Source: Lama glama (Eukaryota). Taken from it: 64,000 nt of DNA. Positions within the stretch are counted from its first letter, which is position 1. Every line of letters starts with the position of its first letter. The stretch is taken from the NCBI GenBank assembly GCA_028534125.1, contig CM052816.1:27592001-27656000 (forward strand), written 5' to 3'. The notes under the pieces were generated by a model, which worked only from the letters and a program-made list of their open reading frames with translations, did no database searches and was not told where the DNA came from. This document shows, in pieces, positions 13,860 through 28,229 of this stretch. Position numbers and translations under genes: made by a program.

Positions 13860-15300
13860 AACTATGCTCATAGCATTATTAGGGGATCAAGGATACCATA
13901 AATTTCAAAATATCTATCAGCAGAGAAACCGACACCAAATTCAGCAGAGCTCCCACTGCTGCTACGAATTTGTGAATATACAGAGCAAGAGAATGGAAGA
14001 TTAAGATACTGGGAGAAAAAGAAGAGAGTGAAGGATATACATTCACAACAAACAAAAGGCACCACAAGAAAGCAAAAACTACTACAAAGCGTCAAAATGC
14101 TGAACACTGACACTTGGTAATTCACAGCATTGTCTACAGAGAAGGGAGGGTTTCAAAGTAAGTGATTCTGAAGGAGGAAGCCTCAAGAAGCACTGCTCCG
14201 AGAATTATATAAAAAGGGGTTGTGCACTTCCCTTCAGGTATAACAGTGTAGGCAGAGGAAAGAAAGAGAAATTAAGACCCTACAGAAACAAAAGAAAATA
14301 CATGTAAACCAATTCCTCCTTTTCATCATCCATTAAAAAAATATATATAAAACTTTGCCACAATAACGTAAGTGGCCCTAAGAAATGACTAGGATTAAGA
14401 GAAGAAAAAAGTTAGATTCCTAAAAATTAATGCAAGAAGAGAAAAGAAAACGTAAATCAAAACATTTTATCCGATTCTCTCCTAGAATTAATCATGAAAA
14501 ACACAATTGTAACATAAACATGCAAACATTAGGGAGCCTCAAACAAACATTTGGGACTTACACAAAATATATGCAAAATGAGAAAATAAAACACTAAGAA
14601 CAGAAATAGAAAAAAAAACAGAAATGCATCAACAGTTGATAAAGCTTAGGAAATAAACTGAAAGAAAAGAAAAACCATCTCGGAAAGGGAGAATGGATCT
14701 AAAGAAAACTTCAACAAGGAACAATGAAGAAAGTCAAGAAAACTACTAAGAAAATGAAAATGAGATAAAGAAAAAGGGACAGAAAGAAAGCGGCAAAGGA
14801 TTATCCCACATACATGTGACTGCAATCTATGAAAAAGAAAAATAAGAAAAAACAAATACTTAAAACCCTATAGTTCTAGAAACCTTCATGAGAAAAAAAA
14901 AAAAAACAACAAAAAACCAACCAAACAAAAGGCTTACGATGTACCTAGCTTAAAGAGTCCTGGAACAATCAACAATGCAACCTATTCAGGTTAAAAAAAA
15001 ATATTAGATTCTAAAGATAAAGGAAAAAAATCTTCAGAGTTCATGGCCAAAAAGATCAACTTAGTTACAAGAGTGAAAAAATTAAGCTGGTTTCAGACAT
15101 CAGGAACAATATACAAAGCAAGCATGGAGCAGTATTTCCTATATAAGCAAGTGTAAGCCAAGGATTTTATACTCAGTCAAGCAGCTCTACAACAATCAAG
15201 TCCAGAGAAAATAGTTTGAATCTAAAGGAATTCAGGGAATACTGTACACATCTGTCTGTCCAGAGGAATCTTCTAGAAGAGTTCAGCCAGAAAGAGATAA
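13860..15300 (+). mobile_element. HAL1 or old L1 ORF1-like fragment
   Basis: A-rich ORF1-like tract ending gccaaggattttatactcagtcaagc...ttcagggaatactgtac...gaggaatcttctagaa, resembling HAL1. Left boundary uncertain. Confidence 0.55.
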
Positions 15301-15392
15301 TTTTGGTAAAAGGATTGATGATGCATATATATTTGTAAAGCTAGAATTAAAAGAAATGTGGGGGCACAAGAGAAAGAATAATACATAAATTT

Positions 15393-15824
15393 TGTCATAA
15401 TCCTCAGAGCCTGTGAATATGTTATTTTACATGGCCAAAGGGACTTAGCTAATGTAATTACGTTAAGAATTCTAAAATGGGGATCCTGGATTATCCAGAG
15501 TGGGCCTAACATAACCACAAACGTCCTCATAAGAGTAAGCAGAAGAGTGTGAGTTATAGATGAGAGAAAAAAAGAGAGATATCAAGGTATTGAGATCTGA
15601 AGATGCTCTGCTGCTGGCCTTGATGAATACGGAGGAAAGGGCCATGAGTCAAGGAAGGCAAGTGACCTCTAAAACATGAAAAGGATTCTCTTCTAGAATC
15701 TCTACAAGGGATACAATCCTGGCAACATCCTAGTTTAAAACTTCCAACTTTCAGAACTGTAAGATAATAAATCTGTACTGCTTTAAGCTGCTAAATTTGT
15801 TGCAATAGCACTAGAAAATTATAC
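15393..15824 (+). mobile_element. MaLR solo LTR (MLT1D-like)
   Basis: cctgtgaatatgttattttacatggccaaagggact; ctggattatccag; cagaactgtaagataataaatctgt. Confidence 0.82.
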
Positions 15825-17124
15825 TTTTTATCCCCTACCAATCTTCATATTATAAAGTAATTCATTACATCATATTATTTGGACAAGTGCCATGTACTAT
15901 AAATAATTCCCCAAATTAAATACGTAGCTTAAAACTATAAAAGCAAAATCTAGATGCATTTGGATAGCTTAAACTTTCCTTATCACACCACTCATACCTC
16001 AGTATTTTGGGTCAATTCATTTTTACCTTAATTTAAAACACAACCCTATGTGTAGTTAAAAGAAAATGCTACCTCCTATGACATAGTTCATATAAAATTC
16101 TAAAATGGTTTAAACAGCAAAAGTGCATGAATAGGAATGCTGTGCCACAACTAGAATTTTGTTTCACAACTATCGCTAAGTAGACACTGAGGAATTTAAT
16201 AAATCAAAGTGGTTTATTCGACAATGCAGTAAGTGCAACAAAATATATATTATGAAGTTATCCTTCCCCCTATACTTTTATTCAGAAGAGGTCAGGAATT
16301 GTCTTTCAGAATAACTCTTTTTTTTATAAGTTATCACAAACAGATAGACAGTATCTCAAACGTTAGTACACCCTTCAGAAGATAAGACGAAATTTAACCC
16401 ATGGACTTTCTGAATCCTTCTAAGAGTCTGCTGTGCAGTCTACTTGGGAAGTTCATGGTAAAGTGCCTGGATTTACAAACCGTTTCTTAATTGCTCTAAA
16501 CTCTAAATTTATACACATTCTGATTGATAATATTTAATATACTTTTAAAGGAAGAAGTTTGAAACAATCATTTTTATTATTCTTGGATTGATTTAATAGT
16601 TCTAATGATAGGTCATTATTTGACTACAAAATTTAATTTACTCATATTCTGCTTCAAGCACATGGAAGAAGCAGGCTTGAACATGGTTAGGCAGAAAGCC
16701 ATATGGTCAAGAGGTCTGAGGAACTACATAAAATAGGAAACAAAGCTTGAGCTAATTAAATGCTACCTGAATTTAGCTTCTGAAATGGGGCTTAAGTAGT
16801 TTCTTTTCCTTAGATTTCCTTAAAATAACTCAAGTCTGAAAAATCTTCATCTTCCCACTTGCAAGCTTATTCATCAGTGAGCAGGATTCTGTGTTGACTT
16901 GTATAAGACATACATTCTTTTATTTTTAGATATTCAATCCAGCTTTATTTTCTAGCATCAGTACAATTTGTTTCTTTTATTTAAACTTTCAAATAGAATT
17001 ATCCAATCAATTTTAAGATGAAATAAAATATTAACTTCTTTATAATATCTATGATGGGAGTTACTAATCTGTTCATAAAACATTAGAATTATAAGGGGCT
17101 TCAGCTATCATATAATTTTACATC

Positions 17125-17763
17125 TGTGTAGGAAAGGGTTAACTCAGCAGGCCTGGGCTGCTCAAATTTTGCACATTCCTGAGAAAGGCCTATATTTAGG
17201 ACTGGCGTTTGGCCAGCTTCTAGCAGATAAGTTCTGAGCTCTTGGGCCACAGGCTACCAATTTGATCAGAAAGTTTACACTAACAATACGATTTATGGTG
17301 ACTATGTCTTTGTGGTGGGGAGCTGGAGTCTGAGTAGCTGAGGTGAGTCATGCAGGTCATTCATGCCTATGTGACTGGCTCCCAATAAAACCCCAGACCC
17401 CAGCACTTCCATATAAATAAATATCAAATTACCCCACCCCCCACAAAAACAAACAAACAAACAAACAAACAAACAAAACCCGATACCAAGGCTCAAGCGA
17501 GCTTCCCTGGTTGGCAGCACTTTGCAAGGGGTGGCAGCACTACATCACTGCTAGGAATGTGTCCATGTGATTATACTGGGAGAGGGCATCTGCAAGCTTA
17601 TGCCTGAATTTTCCTGGACAATCCTCCCCCCCCCTTGTACCTATTCCTTTTGTTGATTTTAATATGTATCCTTAAATAAACTGTAACTCTGAGTATACAA
17701 TTTTCTTTATGAGTCCTGTGAATCCTGCTAGTGACTCCTTCAACCTTGGGGAACCTCGGCCAC
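17125..17763 (+). mobile_element. ERVL LTR (MER21-like) with an internal (AAAC)n tract
   Basis: tgtaggaaagggttaactcagcaggcctgg start; gagcttccctggttggca; tgagtcctgtgaatcct near the end. Confidence 0.75.
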
Positions 17764-19319
17764 TCAATTTTATAGAAGACGAAAATGATAATTCAAGAAA
17801 ATTTAACATACTCATTCAATGTTTTACCACAGGGCTAGGTTTTACCACATTTTGCTTTTTGCCATATCCTGTTGTCAGTGGTGATAAATTACAAATTGTT
17901 GTAATTCCTTCCTAATCACATTAAACTAACATTTTCCAAGTTCCCTACGTTAAAGATAGTTATCCCCAATAACTAGACCCCATCAGAATGCTCCAGTTCC
18001 CTTATTCCACACTTTGCCTGATGCTACTGCTTTACTTACATTCAAAAGAGAAAATTTAATTGAAATTAGGTAATCCCAATTTTGCTTATTTGGCTATCTC
18101 CTTGCCTTCTTCTTTCCAGAGGATTCTGTCTGAACAAATGAATATACTGACACATAACTATAAAACCAGTGTGGTGTTGTCTCTGGCTGAGTAGGGGAAA
18201 TATGTTTGCAACCAAACTATTCTACATCAGGCTACGGGGAGGGACACTGAGTAAAGACAAAAAATAACTTGGATGCAGTAATCAACCTGATACTTCTAAT
18301 TCCAAGAGGCTCTCATTAAGGTTGGGCTTTTAACTTCGTAAAATACAAAACATATCTGTACTTTGCAAAATGTGATTAAAATTGGAATATGATATTTAGA
18401 TTATGAGGGGTTACTTCCCAATAACAGGAATTACAAGGTGTCAAGAAAAGTCATATTCTTGGGGCTTTTTTTTTGTTTTTTTGTTTTTGTCTTTTTGAAA
18501 ATGAGGCAAGAAATGCCTCTGAAAAAAATAACCTGAAATAACTCATGAGAGAGCTATTGATATCCTTTTCTACAGATGGCAATCTCATTCTGGTTACCCT
18601 TCAGTGACAACAAAAACTTTATTTCCTAAATACTGTTCTACTGTTTCCTAAATACAGTACCAGATGGAACTTCAATAAGGTTATACTCTGTCATCATATT
18701 GCCAAGGGATTTTTCCAAATAAAATATCTGTCTTCCTCCTTCACTTAGTCCTGTGTTATCGATGGCAATTAAAGGAATCTCCAGCCTCTGCTACCCAGGT
18801 TAGCAGCTCAGAGTCATCTGACTCTGTGGGCCTCTTTGTCATGCTTCCATCTCCCTTTCTGCCTTCTCTGTTGTAGTGGCTGTTGAATTTAATTCCGTCC
18901 TTTGGATTACCATTATCCTACCCATAGGTTAGAACTTCATTATGGATTGTGTGGATTATAATAGAGTTACTGGCTTTCCTGCCTCCAGGACCAGTAACTC
19001 TAAGGCCTGTTATGTCACTGTCTTGAATACAGAGTGAAGCCAAAAACCTCCAGTCTGATGTCAAAATCCTTTCATTACCTGGATTCAATGCATCTTTCTA
19101 TTGTAATACACTTTTCCTAGGAGTCTCATATGCCATCCATTCAGTTTTACACAGAAACCCCTGAATAAATTTCATATTCTCCCACCTCAGTATCTTTGGT
19201 AAATTGTCTGCTTTTAAAAATTTTATTGTGAAATGTCTCTAACTGGTCACCTATCTTTGTCACTCCCTTTCTCCCCACTCAAAATCTATTCATGTTTCAA
19301 CCCTTGGTTTCTAAGTATC

Positions 19320-19520
19320 ACTAAAGTGAAGCAAGGCTTCTTGGAGAAATGGCTTATACATATCTGAGGCAGGAAAAGTATAATCCCTGAAACATCTTGT
19401 TATGCCAGAAAAGGAAAAACTAATTGGTTCTCTCAAATAGTCACAAAAGCTAGCTTAGAAAAGATACTACTCATCTGTCACATTTGGGTGTCAGAATAAT
19501 GACAGCAATGAATCATAACC
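19320..19520 (+). mobile_element. L1MC-type 3' fragment
   Basis: ggcttcttggagaaatggct...ctgaaacatcttgttatgccagaaa. Confidence 0.6.
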
Positions 19521-19521
19521 A

Positions 19522-19656
19522 CACTGACCGTGTAATTTGTTGTTCAAACCAGGACCCATCTGAGAGTGAAATCAGGTTCCTCTATTAAAAATTATGCTGG
19601 GACAAGTGGTAATTACCAGGAGAACACCAGGGAAATCTCGTCATTTGGTCATTCTA
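19522..19656. mobile_element. MER94-like hAT-Blackjack MITE
   Basis: tgaccgtgtaatttgttgttcaaaccaggac...gagagtgaaa...ttatgctgggacaa...tggtcattcta, with degenerate terminal inverted repeats. Confidence 0.65.
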
Positions 19657-19699
19657 ATTATAGTATTTGTCAATTCTTGCTATTTCCAAATGCTCTTTT

Positions 19700-20385
19700 A
19701 TTTTCTCTTAAACCCACTTCAAGCAGGCTTTTGCCCCAATTACTCCACCAATCCCGTTCTTGGAAAAGTCATTAATCTCCATGTTGCTAAATCTAATGAA
19801 CAGGTCTCAGTGCAGCAACCCTCTTACTTGACACATTCACAGCATCTGACTCTTACCTTCCCTAGCCTATCACCAACTTTCAGTAAGTCAATTCCTCCTT
19901 TCTCTTTGATATACTTTCTTCACTTGACTTACAGGACCCATATTCTTGGCTGTTTTTTCTTAGCCTCCTTTCCTAGTTCCTCCTCTGACTACCTTAAGAG
20001 TAGACCCAAGATTCTGTCCTTGGTACTCTTCACTATCACCTAATATTTAGTGATTTCATCCAGTTTCCCCGACCTTAAAGATGACATACATGTCAACAGC
20101 TCCCAAAAGCCTATCTCCAGCACAAACCTCCCTTCTGCACTCCAGACTTACATATCAAACTCACTACTTCACATCATCTCTCCTACTCCCTCTACTCTGC
20201 TCTATTTTTCCCACAAAACATCATCTCAAAATATATATAATACATAATTAACTTATTTATTATGTCATCTTCCCCAACCCCCCAGAAAAATAAATCACAA
20301 AAGATCAGGAAATTATTTTTTCCCCCTGAGGTACAATGAAAAGTATTAGTCATTTGGTAAATGCTCAAAATACTTCTTAACAAAA
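19700..20385 (+). mobile_element. L2 LINE fragment
   Basis: ctccatgttgctaaatctaatg; ctatctccagcacaaacctc...ctccagacttacatatc. Confidence 0.7.
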
Positions 20386-22041
20386 TAGATACTGAAGTTA
20401 TGTTTCTTATTAAGTATTATAAACTGTTAAACTGAGTATCTCAGTTTTACCTTTAGTATTTGGTAGAGCATAAACCAGACCTGCCAGTAAACACTGCTCA
20501 TGTTCAGGTACTGAATGAACTACAAAAAGTACATTTAATAACTATGTCTTTTATTCAAGTTTATTTTTTTTAATTTTCTACATTAAAAACAAACAAACAA
20601 AAAACCCTGTTAAATCTTTATTCTTGTCCATGCTGAGATGTGAATCTAAATCACTATCACACCTTACACAGAACTTCATGTAGGTAAACTAGTAAAATAA
20701 TCTAAAAACTTTGTATCACTTGATTCTATAAGTGGTTCCGTTACAAATTTTCAAAACAAAGAGTACTGAAGATAATGGCTATCTTAAGTAATATTTCACC
20801 TATGTTATTTATGTGGAGCAAGACTACAGAGATTCAAAATCTTAAAAAAAATTATTAAAAGAGTACTATGCTAGGAACATTGATACTACATATTTTATTT
20901 AACTCCCACAGCAAAGAAGTCAAAAGGAATTATTTCCACTTTCAAACTGAAGAAACACTCAAGGACACACAATTAGTTAATGGTACAAAGAGTATCAATG
21001 CAATTTGTTAAAAATTTTAGGAAATGACACAAGTGGCTTTATTCTTCTTTGCTTTTATAATAATACCCTTTCACATCTTAAAAGTTATTAACACATTGTT
21101 GATTTTAGTTCAAAAAAACTCACTATATGAAATTCAAATTCTTAAACCTAAAATGAAAAATAAACTAATAACAAAGTCTCAAGCACTATGATTATATGGA
21201 GGATAAAAAAAAAAACTAAAAAATTACCAAACAACTTTGATAATCTTCTTTTTGATTAGAAAAATTTAATGTACTTTGTTATAGTCTCTTAGAGCCTTCA
21301 ATTGTGCAGAATAGTAGGCACTGTTTAAAAATACAAATTACCAGAAAGAGCAGCATTTCACATTTCATTTTCAAAATAGCATGCAAATGACCTGACAAAA
21401 CACAGAGGAAGATGCAATACAACAGACTGTTAAAAACTGATCACTTAAGTACTGTAAGTATGAAAATGAAGTAAGCAGGGCAATTTCTCAGTGCTGTAGC
21501 CCTCAGTGGTGGGAATAATAAAAGGATACCCAAATTCTTTGGGGGGCAGAAGTCTTTCTCAAATTGCACAAACCTCCCATCCATAATGATATACGCCCCC
21601 AGGCATGAATCGTCATGCATTTATCCCGTCTCTCCCAACAAAACCACTGGTTTAGAGGATGGTGAAGCCTGTGAAAATGACTCACTCTGGTTTTGTTAAT
21701 AGTGTGTTGACATGGTGGTGAATTCTGCTTTGTTATCAGATAAGCTAGAGAAACTTAAGAACAGTATATGGAGGTGATATAATGTTGACTGCAGTATGCA
21801 GACAGACATGGGGATGAGAGAGAAAATTGGTCAAGAAGAGAGAGGCCAACTGATGAAAAAACCTTTAATACCCAGGAGGAATCTGACCTGGTCTGGTGGA
21901 CAACTGGAAAAGATAATTTAGGTTGTTGACTTGGAGAGTGATACAATAAAACAAAATAGGTTTACCATTAGGAAATTTTTACCAGTGTCAGGTTTTTGCT
22001 GGCAGCCAGTTAAAAGAATTACTAAATATCTACAAATAGTA

Positions 22042-23023
22042 CAATAAGTCTTCCCTTATCTGTGGTTTTGCTTTCCATGGTTTCAGTTACTCATGGTCAA
22101 TTCCAGTTCAAAAGTATTAAATAAAAAATTCCAGAAATAAACAATTCTAAAGTTTCAAATTGTGTGTCACCATTCTGAGTAGCATGATGAAATCTTGTGT
22201 CATTCCCATCCGTCCTGCCTGGGACATCAATCATCCTTTTGTCCAGGTATCTCATCCATTTAGTTATTTAGAAGCCATCTCCTATCAGGTTGACTACTGA
22301 GGTATCACAGAGCCTGACAGTAGGCAATTTAGATATACCAAAGAGAAGCTGTAAAATTTTTTCTTTAAATGAAAATGAGAAAAAAAAAAGCTTATGCTGA
22401 GGTTGCTAAGACCTATAGTAGGAACAAATCCTCAATCCATGAAATTAAAAGGAAGGAAAAAATAAATTCTGGCTAGTTTCGCTGCTGCACTTTAAAGTGT
22501 AGAAATAATGGCCAAAGAGCGTGATAATGCTTAGTTAAGATGAAAAGCCATTAAATTTGTGGAAGACATGAACACGAAACATATTCCAACTGACGTCAAT
22601 GTGTTGCACCAGAAAGCACTGAGCCTATGGGAAGACTTCAGCAAAGGATCCCCTGAAACAAGTAATATCAGCCTCACTGCAAGTAAGGGATGGTTACATA
22701 GATTCAGCAATACTTTTGGACTGAAGAATATAAAAATGTCTGGGAAAGCTGCATTTGCCAATGAAGAAGCCACTGTTACACTTCTGGCAGAGCTGAAGTT
22801 AAGGAGAGAGACCCCATTCACATAACTTTTATTATAGAATACTGTTATAATTGCTCCATTTTATTATTAGTTATTATTGTTAATTTCCTACTGTGCCTGA
22901 TTTATAAATTAAACTTTATCACAGGTATTTAGGGAAAAACATAGTATATATAGGATTGGGTACGATCTGCCATTTTAGGCATCCATGGAGGATCCTGGTA
23001 TGCATGCAGGTAAGGGACTACTG
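22042..23023 (+). mobile_element. Tigger7/MER44-family DNA transposon, internally deleted, retaining a transposase HTH fragment
   Basis: Ends caataagtcttcccttatc.../...taagggactactg flanked by TA. ORF 22559-22825 has the CENP-B/pogo HTH motif ASKGWLHRF. Confidence 0.85.
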
Positions 23024-24374
23024 TACTGTCTCACTTTATTTTCAAGCCAACTTTTGTGTTTAAAGTTGACTCTTCAAATTCTAAAAACTGAACAGAATTA
23101 ATCTTTCAAATATAGATTATTTTCATCAAGATATGAAAATAATTACTGACATGAAAATAATTAAAATTTCAGTGAGCTAAAATCAGCTTGCATAATTCAA
23201 AAGTCCAAAAATTTGCATTTCACTTAAAAGGAGATATTAACTAAGCAAAAATATCATCAAATAATTTAGTCAAATGAAGCTCCAAAATCACCTTGTCACG
23301 ATATAGTCCTATCTCTCAAACAGAAATAACCTTTCAGAAAAAAAGAACAAAAATATGTGTTTATTAATCCAAGTAATTCAACATGATCACATTTTTATAA
23401 CCTCCCACCCTGAATCTAAACTGTTCTTGGCACATAAAATGACCCATTTCTGTCATGTTCAAAGAGGCAGGCAGAGAAATGAGATAGAGCAATCCAAAGA
23501 CTTTACATAGAACACTTCTGCATTCTAAGGAGTAAGTGGAGTCCAAACATTCATTTGTTTAAAGGGGCATTATTTCGTGGCAAATTTATGAGAAGTAAAA
23601 TATTTAAAATCACTTATTTTTGTCTTCTTAGATTAACATGCTAAGAATAAGAATTATTAGGGGTGGTGAGATGTACATAGATATTATTTTTTATTATTTA
23701 GTGTATCAAATAAAAAAGGACAAAACGACAGCTTGGTATGAATCTATTATATTCACTGTTTTACTCCTAACACTTTTTAATCTACATATACTTGCAAGTT
23801 TAGGTTTCCTTACCCAACCCCAAAGAGTTAAGGAAACAAAGAAAGAAAGAAACAAATACCTCAACCTTAATATAAGATCATAGCACATTTTTCCCCCACA
23901 GTGGAGAACCTAGGAAACTCATCAAAAGGTCTTAGGGCAATTATATTAGGTGACAGAGGCAATCTTTCTCTATAATTTTAGGATTATGACTAAGATGTAG
24001 GGATATGCTAAAAGGAGTATAGGGATGTGTTAAGAGAGCAGTCTTTCAATGAAAGAATTAGGAACACTTTTTCAGTCTCAAGAAAGTCAAACTATTTGTT
24101 ATTACAAGTTCTAATTCCTTCGAAGTATTTTCTCAAGAAACTTTAAGTTTCCAGTAGTCTTTTTCAAGGGTACATATAATTATAAAACACATACTCATTT
24201 CTTAATTATATTTCCATGTGTCAATAGTTTAAAGAGCCTATATCAAGTAATACTAGAAAATAAGGTTATATTCAAATTTGTTTTAAAAATACAGTGCCAA
24301 ACTGGGTAAGGAACAAACATATTTTGAAACCTAATCATTGTTACCAATTCATAGTCCCAAGGGAATTAATTGAA

Positions 24375-24580
24375 CTGAATCCTGGCTTTGCCTTGCTCTA
24401 GAACTGTAACTCTGGGCAAAGCAATTAACCCTTAAATCCCCAGTTTCCACATCAGTAAAATGAAATTAAAAAGGAATCTTGAAAAGCTACTATGAAGATT
24501 AGAGACAATATATGCAGGCTATAGCAAAGAGTATGGCATAGAGTAGGTACTCAATAATTAATAACTAAAAGTATTATTGA
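24375..24580 (+). mobile_element. MIR SINE
   Basis: Core ctgggcaaagcaattaaccc...cagtttccacatcagtaaaatg...gagtaggtactcaataa. Confidence 0.7.
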
Positions 24581-27500
24581 GTTGTTTATGAGCGATGTTC
24601 TTATATCTGAAATGGAGCTTCCTAGTGCTATAAATAATATGTAAGTCTGGAATGTGAAGTTGTTGCATGAAACAGTATCCTTGCTATCTAATTAGGATTC
24701 AATTAAAGACTACCAAGGAAATCATATCAATTTGATAAATCAGTAACATTAATCTTTTTTATTAAGCTTTTCTAGGAAACCTTCCCTGATTACTAGCTAG
24801 AAGCAATCTCTTGCTCTTTTACAACTTTCAAAGACCCTATAACTTGTCCTGTTTTTAAAATTGTGTATACCATCTCCTTTCTGTGACGGTGCAAGATTTT
24901 TGCAGAGCAGGAACAATTAATCACACGGTTTATTACCTTCCATAAGGATAGGCTTAATAAATGCCTCCTTAATACATGAAAAAAATCAGTCAGTAACTGC
25001 TTTCTAATTAGTTATCTCACCTCCAATCTCATTTCCTTTTAATCAATCCTCCACTGTCCTTCAAATTTCTCTTTCTAGAAAACACATATGATAACTCAAA
25101 ACCTTTTGATTACCTATATTTCCTAAAAGGCTTTCAACTATAATCTTATCTACCACCTAGCCACCATCTTCAATCATTATTCCTCCTCTCATTCTATATT
25201 CCAGCCACAACATCAATTCATTGAAGAAAACACTTGCTAAACATCTGCTTTATGCCAATTAGTGCACTAAGCACTGGAAACAGAAAGATAACATCCTATT
25301 CTCAATAAAGGACACATATAAATAATTACAGTGCAATGTGCCAAATACTGTAAAAGAAAAAGAGTCCTGAGCAGCCTTTCCAAATCACATCATGTACTTG
25401 CAGACTTGTATGCTTTGTTCTTGGTGTGCTCTACTTACCTAGACTACCATTTCCAAAATAGAATCATATTTATTGTTGAAGTTCTGCCTCAGTGCCACCA
25501 ATTCTATAGAGTCTTCCCTAAATCCTATAAGTAATTAAATAAATTGATTCCTTCTCTAGGTTCCTACAACTCTTTGATTATAACACTGGTATGGTATATA
25601 TATTAGAGAGACTCATATGCTTGTTTCCCACAGAACAGTATGCTCCCTGACAACAAATCTATTCATCTACCTACATAACAGGTTCTAATTTAAAAAGTAT
25701 TTAACTAACCTGAGCACATAACATGGAAATCACAATCTGGAAATTCCTAATCTTTTTTTCATTTGTACATTTTTCTTTTCTGGTTGCAAATTTTATGGAT
25801 CTTAGAAGACCTATGATTGTTAATAAACTGAGAAGCTATCTTAGATTGTGATGAAGAGAATAACTGTTATTAACTACAACCCAAACTCTTAAATTCTATT
25901 TTAATAATTGAGTTTCAACAAAAATCAAGGATTAAAGAAATGGGAATTTCTCTCCCTACTTCACCCATATATATTGTTAATATGCCCTATAAAGGGTATA
26001 GTTAGTTTTTACAGAAGAAATGGGAGAATGAAAGAGAAATATACATTTTCACTGTAAATTGCTAAAAAACCATTTTTATTTAGAGCAATCACTACCCTTG
26101 AGATTATTTTTATGTACTAGAAGACTACAGTTTACATAATTTAGTGGTAGGTAGAGAAAAAATAAAATTCTTTATAGTCAAGGGAAAAACAGAACATTAC
26201 TGAGCTTCTTGCCATAATAAAATATTGATTCTTTGAGTAGCAAAACACTAGCATTAGTTATTCTAACATATAGGAAAAAAACATAAAGAACACAGAGTTT
26301 TCATTACAATAGAAATCTAACAACGTAAAATATTGATAAGGAGTATAAATGTTTGAAAATAATTTGTCTCCGTTTAACCCAAAATCCAGGTGAAATCCCA
26401 GCAGAATAAAAAGAAAATCCCATTTTTCAAAAAGTTATTTACTGTTCTTATTGTTACTTTTCTGTAGGGCCTTTTATCTCCCACTGTGTGTTTCCAACAA
26501 AATATGTTGTAGTATTTGCCTCTTTTCTCAATCACCACATTATTCCATACTGGAACTGTGATAGTAGCATTGGTTGTCCAAATTATTTTTTAATTAATAG
26601 TTGGAAAAGGGCTCTGGATACTTTCACAGTTAGTAGGAATGTTCTGCCCAGGTTGTAAGTTCAAATTTCCAAAATTACAAAAATTAAAAAATCAAATCAA
26701 AACAAAACAGAAAGAAATAAAAAAACCTCTTTTTGGAAAAAAAGCTCATGTGTTACTCCTTCCTTCCTACCCCTATCCTGTTTACACATCTAGTAGCCTT
26801 TGAACTAGGCTTATCCGGATGGAAGCAATTCCAAAGCCAGTTTTTTATTTTAAGTATATATAATGACTCAGTAAATGGTAACAGGACTTCATCATTTTTA
26901 CAAACAAGGACCTGTAACTTTGTTTGTTTTCAAATAGAAGCAAGAAGGTTCAAAAGCAGAGAATGCATACCACTTTTATTTGCTACAGCTGCTCTAATTT
27001 AAAAGACAAAAATATTTTAAGGTCACCATAGACTTGATACAAGATCTTTATATCAACATAGCTTACAAGGAAAATCATGACCCCTACATATTAAGGATTT
27101 CAGGAATATGAACTATTCAAAACACTGGCTTAAAGCTGTAGAAACCACATGCCAGGAAAGCAAACTAGAATTCCAATGTGATGATCTGTTGCATGAGTGT
27201 GAGGAGAGTGGTATATACTGATTTTTTAAAATAACACTATGACTTCCTGTTTATCATTTCAAATGTCACAAGCTAAGTACAGAAGGATATTAAATCAGGG
27301 CATCTTGCTCTGCCTTCAGAAGCAATGAAAGTTCTCCCTTTTAAAAAATTAAATTAGAAGTTAAGTGGCATTAGAGCACTGGCTAAGTTGACCATAAAAA
27401 TGAAGAACCTATTCATTCTTCTGTTTCTGATAATTAACATTAAAACCAACAAACAAAAACATACTATCTGAAGTCGAAAGTTTTTATCAAGGATCTTTAA

Positions 27501-28229
27501 AGTTACCTTAAGATTTCAAGAAATTACGATAATGTATTAGAGGAAAAAAGCTCAATAGGAAGTACAGATTTAATAAAAGAGACATAAATCAGACTTACAG
27601 TGTTGATCCTGTAGCTATAAAAGACCATGATGTGGGTATGCTAAGGAGTATGGGGAAGTAAACAAGAAATTATGCCTCTCCCATACTTGGACCACTGTTT
27701 GCAGCTACTAGGTTTCAGATGTAAAGGAAGAAAATATGAATGTGGAAATGATTTCAGAGTTTTGAGATTTAAGCATCTTTTTACAGAAAGAAACAGGATG
27801 GGGAAAAGGAAGTAGGAGAGAAGGCACGCTTTGGATCACATGAGCAAGAACAAAACCCATTCTGGTTCTTTCAGCACAGTTCTGTAAAGTACTTTAGACC
27901 ACAGAGAAACTACAAGTTGAAAAATTCATCAATAATCACAACTGAATAAATGAGTTTACATTTTAAAACTAATATTGCTAATTTTGCAAACAAGAACTAC
28001 AACAGCGACATCAACACCTAGTTTGTTGTTCCACTCTCTTGAAATGGTCTTTTTCACTTGGTTTCCTAGAAACCATACTATCTTGGTTCTCTTTCTTCTT
28101 CATTGGTTACACTTTCTTGGTCTCTTCTACTTATTCTATCTCTTTAAGACTCATATTTACAGGTCCTGGGATGCTCAGGTCACCACCTCCCCGTTTTTAA
28201 GCTATTTACAGTTACTTCTAACTTCAACT

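Noticed and set aside
19594..20043. 149-aa ORF
   Set aside because: Spans MER94-like and L2 remnants; no protein signature.
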